Shown one piece after another: positions 37,601 through 64,000 of a DNA stretch of 64,000 bases. Position 1 is the stretch's first letter, and each line of letters starts with the position of its first letter. This DNA is from Lingula anatina (Eukaryota > Animalia > Brachiopoda). The translations under genes and the position numbers were made by a program. The DNA lies in contig CM120646.1 in assembly GCA_051362555.1 (NCBI GenBank), positions 22,196,001-22,260,000 on the forward strand, in the 5' to 3' direction. The notes under the pieces are model-generated. The model was not told the DNA's origin. It did no database searches and saw only the letters and a program-made list of their open reading frames with translations.

Positions 37601-38697
37601 ATCCCAATACAGTGATATATTATTTCCTTTTTTTGCAAAGTGACGGGTATCTGGAGAGATAAATTGAAAAAATAGTGTTCAAGAAGATAAATGAAAATAT
37701 AAAAAATTGCATTTTTAAATACCTTTAAGTGCACTTCCTGTATGTTTATCTACAAATATATACAAAAAAATCTAACAATATCATGATTGCAATATAGAAA
37801 GAGTTATTGGTCCTCACATGACACACATAATTGTGTCATAAGAAAACAATCTGAACTGATTTTTCATTTACGCATTCCATGCACGAAATGCATCTTGTTG
37901 GCAACCCTATAACATAAATGCATATGTGAGTGTCCACAAAAAATAAAATCATGTAAATAGATAAATAAATGATACATTTACCCTGTGATGTGCAAAAATG
38001 CATAGGCTGTAGAGAACCTGATTTATACACAAGTTGCATAAAAGACAAATTGCAAATGAAAAATGAATGTATTGGTAGAGCCTGAAAAAAGTATTAATAT
38101 GGATTTTTCCAAAAGTTTCATTTAAACAATATCAAACAAAAATTATGAACAGAACAATAATTTCAATGAGCAAAATTTCAAAATTTTGCTTGCATGGACA
38201 CTGCTTCTATCACCATATCATTAACGACTCTATCTTATCACCCTGTTGTAATCAATGTACCCAATATTGCCTATAATTATGCTTTGCTATCCAATGAAAA
38301 AAATACATTCACAAATTAAAACAACCTGTTTTTACCCTGTTTTTACCCTCCTCTTTCATTAAAGTGAATCCTTATAATCACACCTGCACAGCAGGTATCG
38401 AGATATGCATAAATATTCTGTCTATGGACGGACAGCGGGTCTTAAAAGGGCGACTAGTACATTGGTGTATTTCGTATTGTCTGTTGACTCCTAACATCTT
38501 GGCAACTAGACAATCTGGTTTTATGCTTCTAACTTTAGTAAATAGTATATATATTCCAGGTATATTCTAATACCCAGTTTGATATGTGCCAGTGGTGGCA
38601 ATGTATATATCAAATGGTTTGGATGTATTCAGATCAAACACATGGATACAGGTACCAGAGTTTGGGTTGTAGAGAAGAAAGTACTTCATTCTTTCAA

Positions 38698-53992
<15,295 letters not shown>

Positions 53993-54791
53993 CTTCGCAG
54001 CTGACTCGGTACTAAAATCTAAATGTTATCCTGCAGGTGCGTCCAAATCCGTCCACTAATTCCTACGTTATTCCCAAAAGTTTCCAACTCAATTACTTCA
54101 CTGAGCTCCCGCGTCCTCCATGTTGAATCGGTTTACAAGGTACATGTTGACACGTTGCCAAGACGTTGCTAGGGTTTGTCAATAGATTGAGGTCAGAATA
54201 GATGACACGGTCAATAAACCCCTTAGATTGTTATGGTTAGATCAATAACATGTTGAAATCAGCTGTGGTTACTGTCTCGCGGCTGTATTGTATAATACTT
54301 AAAATAACGTCATATTTCACAATTTCTTTTTGAACTTTTTTCAATTGTTTTTAGTCTGTATTGCAGGGGTACTCAATCTGTGATTAGGCCCACCTAATTT
54401 TCGAGCATGGTGTAAATTTATATTTATTATAATTTATTTTTCTCTTATTTTGGAAAGTTGACGTTGCGTTTTTCTTTGTTAAGTAGAAAACAAAATATTG
54501 AAAAATGGATCGTTAACCATTTGGCACATAAATTGTGCTGGTAACACGCGCACCTTCAATTAGCAATTAGTGGTAAATCTAAATGTATTTAACTTAAATA
54601 AAACACTACATGATCCATTTGCTTTAAAATCGGTGTGACGGCTGCGTTCTTCAGAATAACAAACACTTACTGTGTGTGAATTAATTAATCAATATGCTTC
54701 CATTGTTGTATATTTCAAAGCTGTTGACCCCCCCTCCACCCATTCTCCCCTTCACGCCCACATTTCGTAATACCTGTCACATGATTGTCAC

Positions 54792-56786
54792 ATGACAGTC
54801 AAAATGGAGGACAGGGGAGTCCGACTTGATATAATCAACGACAACATCGCAGTTATTCGTCTAGAAAATGGACAAAACAGAATTAATGCAAACTTTATTA
54901 AGTCATTCAATCAGGCACTGGATACAATCGAAAGGTTGGTGCAAGTTAAAATGTATTCTAGTGCAGATATTTTGACGACTAAAAAGAGCTATTCGTTAAC
55001 ATTTGACTTTTTAAAATTCATCTAACAAGAATGCAAAGGTTGAGCATTCCACGCAATGACCCTATATAGCCTAACACGAGAGCCAAAGTCAAAATTAAGC
55101 AAAATAGGAATATACATAATCTGTGCCAGTGGTAGGCCTACTCAGCCCGAACTTGAGCCAACCGCGTGAACAATACATGTACGTGGGCCCTACATGTGAG
55201 TATATTAGGATAATGCTCTACAGTATGTAGAGATGAAATTAATCTTTTACGCAGGCACGAGGTCAAGCATTTGCTTCACTTTTTGTTAGATTAAACCAAG
55301 GATTCGTATGAGTAAATTATAGGCTAACCACAGGGTATCTAGGTAAATAAAAATGTATCCTACATGTTCTCATGTCTTTATAGTCACCCTATATATGCAT
55401 GCTACGGGGCTTTTATCATACATTTAAGTTTGTATCAAGCACAGGCGTAATCTGTATTTAAAACAGCCCAATGACTGGTAAAATATTTGGTAAGTGCCGG
55501 CAATCATATCGTCCACAAGTTGGACATAATAACAAATTCGTAATTTTGTCCACGTCCACAATAAATAATTATAACAATTGCGTGGTAAATGTACTGTAAA
55601 TACTTGCAGGACCTAGATGGCAGCTGCTAGCACGCAAATCATTCTAGTCTGGTAAGCACGACGTATCCGTGTCCTTCATTTTTCCCGTCAATGCCTGTCT
55701 GGTCTGTCCCAGCGTTGTAGGAGCCTCCTCCCCCTCCGCAGGAGTTGCTGTTATTGTCCCCATTTGCCCCGCCAGAGTAGCCGCCCCCTCCGCCCGCTCC
55801 TCCGCCATTTCCGTAGGCACCGCCCCCGCCCCCGAACCCACCGTTCGCTGTGTTGTACTGCGCATCCGGCCAGAATTTGGTTCTTCCTCCTGCACCGCCG
55901 TTCACAAACGCCTTTCCGCCCTCGCCCCCTGTCCCGGACCCGCCGTACTTGGCACTGCTCCTCCCGTCGGTTAGAAGACCACCCCCTCCTCCACCTGAAT
56001 TGCCGGAGTCGGCTGTCGAAGCACCCTGTCCGTTACGACCACCCGGCCAAGCTGATCCTCCAAACCCACGGTTGCCATCGTTACGCGCTGTGCCGCTGCA
56101 CACAGCCTGTCTGCCCGTGGGGGATTCCACCCCGCCTCCGCCCCCAGCCACGATTAACGGGTCGTTGTCAGCATATGTAACAAACGTCCCACCGCCGCCA
56201 CCAGTGGAAGATTTGCTGTGCTGTCCTCCCATCTGACCGACCAGGATTTTAAGTTGACGACCTGAAATGCAGGAAAAATGTTTGTAATTTTTGTTACATT
56301 TAAAACATCTGTCAGATAAATATAATTCCAAAAAAAGACGCACGCATGTGTACACACAAACAGACACTCATAGTGACACACACACAGGCACAAACAATTA
56401 CATATAAGTGGTTATAGTGAATGCAGTTAATTTCAGAATTTCTGTCTTTAAAAAAAGAGAGTGGTAGTCGCACCTATATTTCAACTTTTTTTTACATACA
56501 GTGTACCGGTGCGTACATAACAATACCAAAATACCCCTTCGTGAGTTATGTTAATATTATAAATAAGAAATTAAAACTACATTTTTATGTCCTTTTATCT
56601 CCTAGTATATGCTATGTCTAATGTCCCAGCCTGTGTTTGCGATACGTTTAATTTACCTGCATCTAAATTGAACGTCCCGGCTACAACAGCACCGCGGCTG
56701 CGGTAGTTACATCCTCTTGCGTCACAGCCCCCTGCAGCGCCTGGTGGACAGATGATTAACAAAAAGTAAATTAGAATACATGTCCC

Positions 56787-56836
<50 letters not shown>

Positions 56837-59800
56837 TAGCGACGAAAAGGTGGAAAGATGGTGATCTTACTAGTGAACACGCACAGGAATAGGCAGACCA
56901 ATTATTGTTATTTTGTTTTTTTTTACTATTATTATTAATGTAGATATATCTTTAAGTACAAAAAACACTTTATGATAATTCTATCTAAGGGACATCAATG
57001 TACCGGTACACAACCTATTTAATTTACAAAATAATGCTAACGAAGTATATAATTTACCAGCGGCACGTATCCTGTAGAGACCGGAGACAGGGATGGTAAA
57101 GAGCTGTGTCCCGTTCTCTAAGGTCACCCTGCCCTGATGGTCCTGGCCGTCGTAATGTTTACCAACTGAAGTCGGCCCAAGTCGTCCCGTCGCACCGAGA
57201 TTTGTGAATGTCATATTCCGAAACCCTGAAAACAGATATTTCTTTGTAATTAAATCACCGCATTGGGCAGGTTTTAAAGTCCTTTTCCGCTGTGACTGAC
57301 CTTTCAAACTAGTTAACTGTATATAATATCGTCTGAATCGACTTACCTTTAACAGTGCAATTTTCATAATTGGAAACTAATTCTCTCAGAGCAGAGACCC
57401 CTGCCTCCAGCATTAGTTGGTCGGAAGTGGGCGCTTCTCGCTTAGACAGTCGGCTCCTCATTGCCATGACGTCCCACCATTGGTAGTTGATGCTTTCCGG
57501 GCAGTACTTTACAAGTGCCTGCGTGAACTTTGCAATGTACTGGGAGACGACTCTGTGATGCACCTTGCTTGCAAGTACATCTTCCAAATTTTTATTCGGG
57601 TCTTTGGCCAGCTGAGTGGTCTGTGATTCCCCATTTTCAAGACAGCTGAAAAGTAAAGCCACTACTACTAGCAGATACATGTTCGAGTACATGAATATCT
57701 CTACTGTCAGGTTTCTCCTTAAGCTCAGCTACGACTCTTGCTCTCTTTTATAGTGCTGCTTTGCTGCAACGCAGGGGCTGCACCTAGGCCTGGCGCACTC
57801 GATAAGGAAGCAGGATGCAAACACGAGATAATCATGGTAAAAATTGGGAAAATGTCCGCAGATCCCGGATCTTTTAGTTTTTGGTACTGTGGTGATTTCA
57901 TTGCAGTAGCAACATACCGGGATAGACAGTTGAAATTATTTATGATGGAGTTTTAAAGACTGCCTGGTTCTTAAAGCGGCATGTTCACTCCTAAAGGAGG
58001 GTTTTTAATGGGAGCGTGAATTTCCAGTAACGCATTTTAATGGGAGCGTGAATTTCCAGAAACGCATTTTAAGTTAAAACTAGGAAACCGTTTATGCAAG
58101 TTTCTTATAAAAAAAAAAAGTCGAAAAACCAAGGATTTAACCGAATTAATCACTTAATCAGCCATGAAAGTACCTTAAACTGCACATCACATTCTTCATT
58201 TTTTGGTTGTTAATTTAACCCTCTGACATATATCTGACTTATTTATCTGCCCCGTTTTTATACAGCACAGAGATCGAACAGGAACAATCCTCAAAACAAT
58301 CATTCTTCTGGTAATATGAATTTTTTTTTTTTTTTTTTTTTTTTTTGCATTTGTGGCAAAAATGACTACAAATACATCTTTGAGTGAAATTTTGAATCAG
58401 TTGAAGCACTAACCACACGTGCTTTTTTGATGACATTTTATTCCTGTGAGTCGTCGTGCACAAACACGCCACTTAACATCACGAGGTACAGTTCCCGCTA
58501 GTTGCATTGTTCTTTTCGTCGAAGATACACAGCGCATGATCGACTAGGAAAACCGCAGTGCAATCCCGCTTTGCTCACGGGATAATATAAACAACCGCGC
58601 GTCAAAAAATTCCTCTTGCATCTGATATTTTAAGTTCTTCGCGAGCACTGAAAAGGCAATGAATAAATAGATAAAAAGATAAGCACGTTTATAGATAGAT
58701 AGATGGATAGATGGTGTAATAGAAGTCAAAGGCGTGAAATAATATATTGAAATACTTGAGTTCATAAAATGTAATTTAATATGTAATTTTGCTATTAGAA
58801 ATTAGAATTGTTTTCAAATTATAACGTCTTAAGGGATTTATGCTAAAAAATGACACAATAAAGAAGCTATAGAGTGGAGTTACGTGTAGAAATTAACATT
58901 TCTTTAAATATTCATTTTGTTTTAAGAATTACATATTTCTTAGAGGAATCACATTGCTTTCAATACGATAATTTGGTCTCGTGTAAATTCGTATGTTTCA
59001 ATTGTTAATACAAATGCCTTTTTACAGCAAATCCAACATCCAAGCGCTGATAACTACAGGAAAAGACAAATTTTATAGCAATGGACTAGACCTGGAGTGG
59101 CTGGGCGGTTCAGGGGCAAACGATCGGGAGGCATTCATGAGTGCATTTAATGCCCTTTGTGTGCGAATCCTCACATTCCCCATGCCCACTATAGCAGCTT
59201 TAAATGGTGAGTTACCGGAGGGCTTTGCGGATTGCGTTAGATGTGATTATGTCGCATTTTGTATAGGTTGAGAACAAGATTACAGTTGAAGCGTCTACGG
59301 TACGATACTGTAATGGTCAGATAGTAATCTTCGTAATGTGGGTTTTATATGGAAAGTGATCTTAGCATTCTTTGCTATGGAATATCATAAACTAAATGAT
59401 CGACATAAAACGCGTCGTAGTCATAAATTCATATCTTTCTCTCGCAACTGGGGACATATTGTACATAAAATGCTCGAGATTGTATGGCTGTAGGTTTTCT
59501 GTGCTTGCTTACTTATCACCTAACCGGTATACATGTATATCACTGTAAGTGTTTTGAAATGCAAGATACCTATCGCTTACCTCCTCCCCCTCCCGCCCCC
59601 AATTTTTTCCTTAAACTCCCGATCTTCCTAGGCCACGCCTTTGCCGGGGGCGCCATGCTTTCCCTGTGCCACGACTACCGTGTGATGAGGACAGGGAGAG
59701 GCTGGATTTGTCTTAATGAAATAGACCTCAAGACGAGATTCACAAGATTCATGTTGAACCTAATACAGTAAGGAACTTTAATGGTTGACAATTCTGTGCA

Positions 59801-59952
59801 TATATGTATCCTTTTTTTTTTTTTTTTTTTTTTGGGGGGGGGAGTATAACTGGGTCACAAGGACATTTCTGGGAATATTAGTTTGTCTTATTTTGCTTCT
59901 TACATCTGTTGTTGTTGTTCTTCTTGTGCTTTCTTCTTTTTGTTGTTGATCC

Positions 59953-59989
<37 letters not shown>

Positions 59990-60478
59990 TGTAAGAAATC
60001 AAATATGCATGTTACTTTTTTATTTTCTGTTATTTTTTCTCTCCTCCTTCACGTTACCTCTCATGTATCCCCCCCCCCTTCCCTCTATTGTGTCTCACGT
60101 CTCCACAGTACGCTCTCTTCTGTGTTATTTGTTCTGTTTCTTGTTATCTGAAGTTATGTTGTGTTAATTTGTTCCATTCCTAGGTCAAAGGTGAAGTCTT
60201 GCATCGTTGAGACGGACATGCTAGTCATGGGCAAACGCTTCGCAGCAGAAGACGCTCTCACCGCAGGTCTAGTCACACTAATAACAGGTCCTGATCAACT
60301 AATAGAGAAAGCAGCGGGGTTAGCCGAGCAAGTGATCGGAGCTAATGGTTATGACAGAGGTGCTATGAAAGACATGAAAAGGGACGTGTACGCGCGTGTG
60401 GTAGCACTAGAGCAAATGCTTAGAGGAAAGGACGCTGCTGCAAAACTTGATCTCTCTGACCTTATATCTAAGTTGTAG
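54792..60478 (+). CDS. Peroxisomal delta3,delta2-enoyl-CoA isomerase (crotonase fold, plant/fungal ECI-type) with PTS1
   Basis: Exons 54792-54934, 59028-59206 ([18 protein letters not shown]), 59632-59767 (GHAFAGG, HDYRVM, LNEIDL), 60184-60478 ending ISKL*. Confidence 0.9.
55639..57692 (-). CDS. Secreted ALK/LTK-type glycine-rich-domain protein, copy 1 (nested antisense in isomerase intron 1)
   Basis: Exons 57692-57347 (signal [13 protein letters not shown] plus pro-region), 57225-57058 ([23 protein letters not shown]), 56740-56657 ([15 protein letters not shown]), 56261-55639 ([49 protein letters not shown]). No TM segment. Confidence 0.88.
56790..56829. repeat. (AG)n microsatellite
   Basis: Direct reading. 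Confidence 0.9.
57746..57752 (-). promoter_or_regulatory. TATA box of glycine-rich gene copy 1
   Basis: TATAAAA on the minus strand 54 nt upstream of the ATG at 57692. Confidence 0.55.
58002..58072. repeat. 32-bp tandem duplication upstream of glycine-rich gene copy 1
   Basis: ttttaatgggagcgtgaatttccag(t/a)aacgca x2 followed by ttttaa. Confidence 0.85.
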
Positions 60479-61577
60479 GCCGCATTTACAATCAAATTCG
60501 GCCAATAGAGTCCAAGTCACGTCGTATGGCTATGGCTTGCACATAACAGTGGCATTTTTACTAGCAAATTTGTAATGGGGCTCTTAGGATAAAAAAAATC
60601 ACTTGGGTCGGGGAGGTTGAAGGTCATGGAATATACTAGTACTGTACTAGCAACTACATTATTTGTACCGCTTATGGTACCAAAGAAAAAAATAGAAATT
60701 ATCCATTACCCCCCCCCCCCCCCCCCGGTCCCACACTGTAGTCTTCATAGATATTTGCCTGGGCCTGGGGAACATATACATGTACTTGACCTGTTGGTTT
60801 GAGTTCCTACGTACTGGGTACGTGTGAAACCGTAATTGAATAAAACAATGAGCTATTAGTATATCAGTGTGTTGTTTATTTAATGATGGGCGGTTGTCAG
60901 CATTACAAGATAATGATGATGATGTTCACTTCAGCGAAGGAGTTGGATAGACCTACTCCTTGCTGTAACACGAGTTGCTTTAACTACATAAAGATACATG
61001 ATGTACAGGTAGACAGAAAGATAGATAGATTGATACATGTACGGTAGACCAGTTCCATTTCCCGCATCATCTTCTTACATTTTGATTTCATATTATCTTA
61101 AATGTCACCTTTTTATTTACTTCATTTCTTCATTTTATTTTTGTTGATGCCCTTGTTACATTCTACGTCTCCCTTGTTTATCTATGGGGTATGTTTACAG
61201 TTATTTTGGACAGTCTCTAGTGTACCTGTAAAATATCAGTTTTAGTTTTAAAGTAAACACTCAAAATCCCTTATCTGCGCTCGGATCGTATCGTTTTATG
61301 GGTTTCTACTTGTCTCTGTAAAAAGCTACACATCTTCTATTGCAGTTATCATAACGTTAAGTCAGAACAATCACAGGGAAATGGGAAAGTTACATTTCCG
61401 GCGCCCCAAATTTATTGTTACACCTCTGCACGCTAAAATACCTTCCTTTGGTCCATATTGTCGTACTACTTTTGAACAGTACTGGCAGTCATAATATCCA
61501 CAATAAACATAACAATCGAGTGATCAGTGCACCAGTAGATACATGTAGGCCCTAGATGGCAGCTGCTAGCACGCAAA

Positions 61578-62891
61578 TCATTCTAGTCTGGTAAGCACGA
61601 CGTATCCGTGTCCCTCATTTTCCCCGTCGATGCCTGTCTGGTCTGTCCCGGCGTTGTAGGAGCCTCCTCCCCCGCCGCAAGAATTACTGACGTTGTCCCC
61701 ACTCGCCCCGCCAGAGTAGCCTCCCCCTCCGCCCGCTCCTCCGCCATTTCCGTAGGCACCGCCCCCGCCCCCGAACCCACCGTTCGCGGTGTTGTACTGC
61801 GCATCCGGCCAGAATTTGGTTCTTCCTCCTGCACCGCCGTTCACAAACGCCTTTCCGCCTTCGCCCCCATTCCCGGACCCGCCATACTGGGCACTGCTCC
61901 TTCCGTCCGTGAGTAGACCGCCCCCTCCTCCCCCTGAATTGCCGGAGTCGGCTGTCGAAGCACCCTGTCCGTTACGACCACCCGGCCAAGCTTGCCCTCC
62001 AAATCCACGGTTGCCTTCGTTACGCGCCGTGCCACTGCACACAGCCTGTCCTTGATTAAGTTTTTCTATTCCTCCGCCGCCACCAGCCACAATCAACGGA
62101 TCGTTATCAGCATATGTAACGAACGTCCCACCGCCGCCGCCACTTGATTGGTACCTGTGCTGTCCTCCCATTTGACCAACCAGGATTTTAAGTTGACGAC
62201 CTGAAAGATAAGACGAATGTTTGGTATATTCTTTCTTAGTTGTTAAACATCTACTAGATAAACCTTATTGCTAAAGGCCCTATTTCACACAGACCACGAA
62301 TCCCACGAATCGCCAGGAATTGACAAATTTTAGGATTCGGCTGGAATCGTGAGATTTTGCCAATTTTCTGGTCTAATTCGACACGCTCTACGATTCAGTT
62401 ACGATACAGGTGCGATAGTGTTACGAATATTCGTGGGATTCGGCTGGAATCGCACGAATATTGTCCAGAAATTCACTACGATTTTTTGGAATCGGGAGTT
62501 CGTGGCCAAAACTATGAACAGCTCAAAATTTTTGCCACGAATTCCCGATTGATCAAGAATTGCAAGAACTTACTACGATTATATACGAATCTGTTAAGAA
62601 CTTCACGAACTGATAACGATTCAACCAAATTTTCAATTTCTGGCGATTCGTGGGATTCGTGGTCTGTGTGAAATAGGGGCATCAAAGTTTTTGCCACCCA
62701 TTCCTGTTGGTCAAGAAGTGCAAGAACTGACTACGAATAGATACGAATCTGTTAAGAACTTCACGAACTGATTACGATTCAACCACGAATGGTGAAATTT
62801 GTCAATTCATGGCCATTCGTGGGATTCGTGGTCTGTGTGAAATAGGGCATTAAAAGATAGCTCGTGCGCACGCACGCTCTTTCACACTCAC

Positions 62892-62927
<36 letters not shown>

Positions 62928-63937
62928 GCTAAAGTACTGGAAAATAACTTAAGCAATAGTATGTTGGCATTATATGACATGCATGATGTTAGATATACGT
63001 TATCAATTTATCCATTTTCAGTTTTAACATTTGCTGTACATGTTCTCCTAAGTCATTTTACTATGCCTACATATCCCGCAAAGCAACTTATCTTTCCTAA
63101 ATTCAGACCTTTAAAACTACAAATCCAATCAAGTGATAGTAAACTTTGATAGTTCCTTCTTCAATTAATATGGAGAAATGACGTTCTAAGAGGCTGACCA
63201 GGCATTAAGAACTAAATCATTTCATTGAACATTGAATAAAATATTGGATCAAGTGAAAGACGGGGAACAGCAATGATTAGGAAATTTTTGCCTTCTTTTC
63301 CGAGGGAAATAGATTTTGCTGAGTAACTCCTGGACAGAATACCTTTAAGTTTCGCTTAAAAATGCCCTGTATCTTGTTCGCTTTTTTTATTTCAGAGTTT
63401 GCCAATGTTTAATCTGTCTTAACAAGTTTTCAAAGGAGGATTTTACCTGCTTTTAAATTGAACGTCCCAGCTACAACAGCGCCGTGACTGCGGTCATGAC
63501 ATCTACCATTGTCACATCCCCCTGCAGCGCCTGGTGAACAGATAATGGATATATCACAATTTAAAAAGTTAAGAGAGAGAGAGAAGGGAAGCAAAGTTGA
63601 AGATCATCAAGAAACGTAAAAAGAGTACAAGTCATTATTTTCTTAAAATCCAACAAAGAATGGTAAAAAAATAATTTAAGCATAAAAAGAAGATGTATAA
63701 TAAATTCTGCAAAGGAATATTGATAGCGTCTTTAATTTACAAAATGTTTTAACAAAATATATAATTTACCAGCGGCACGGATCCGGTAGAGACCGGAGAC
63801 CGGGATGGTAAAGAACTGAGTCCCGTTCACTAAGGTCACCTTGCCCTGATGGTCCTGACCGTCGTAATATTTACCAACTGAAGTCGGCCCAAGTCGTCCC
63901 GTGGCACCGAGATTTGTAAATGTCATATTCCGAAACC
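61578..63937 (-). CDS. ALK/LTK-type glycine-rich-domain protein, copy 2 (5' exon lies beyond the window end)
   Basis: Exons 63937-63770, 63530-63447, 62200-61578; same boundaries and phases as copy 1, with near-identical protein. Confidence 0.88.
62275..62850. mobile_element. MITE (PIF/Harbinger-like ends) with a duplicated right end
   Basis: Left TIR gccctatttcacacagaccacgaatcccacgaatcgcca; matching right TIRs end at ~62682 and again at ~62850; TAA flanks the outer ends; acgaat/attcgt-rich body. Confidence 0.8.
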
Positions 63938-64000
63938 CTGCAAAAAGATATTTCTTTGTTATTCAATCAACGCATTCGATAAATTCTAAAATCGTTTTTC

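Noticed and set aside
34700-38690. Many short ORFs between locus E and the kinesin stop
   Set aside because: AT-rich, with no domains or consistent splice sites; likely convergent 3' UTRs and spacer.
55644-56236. Overlapping Pro/Arg-rich ORFs in other frames (also 61583-62055)
   Set aside because: Shadows of the GC-rich glycine-coding exon.
62275-62850. Repeated acgaat/attcgt units resembling a CRISPR-like array; ORFs 62349-62697
   Set aside because: No regular repeat-spacer periodicity; explained by MITE TIRs and sub-terminal repeats in a eukaryotic intron.

Overview
Intron-rich, AT-rich animal genomic DNA with many microsatellites and MITEs, probably from a marine invertebrate bilaterian; the species cannot be fixed from sequence. 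All gene models were spliced by hand with phase checks. 1-34.7 kb is a cluster of five V-set-initiated immunoglobulin-superfamily loci: (A) a 7xIg-2xFN3-TM receptor tyrosine kinase; (B) a decayed signal+IgV pseudogene; (C) an IgV-IgC2-TM receptor whose YExP-x9-YTxL tail matches the kinase's juxtamembrane motif, with a young LINE in its last intron; (D) a kinase-less 7xIg-2xFN3-TM paralogue of A on the minus strand; and (E), head-to-head with D, an IgV-IgC-mucin-TM receptor. E has five small phase-compatible exons, mostly invisible in the ORF track, that build a cytoplasmic domain aligning by eye with the SGF29-type tandem Tudor methyl-lysine reader. This is the most unusual thing in the window. 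38.7-54 kb is a KIF28/KLP-6-like kinesin-3 with a U12 AT-AC first intron and a C-terminal CaaX box (CTIL). 54.8-64 kb holds a peroxisomal enoyl-CoA delta-isomerase (SKL) and two tandem ALK/LTK-type glycine-rich-domain genes, one nested antisense in the isomerase's first intron. Domain assignments come from motif recognition, not database searches.
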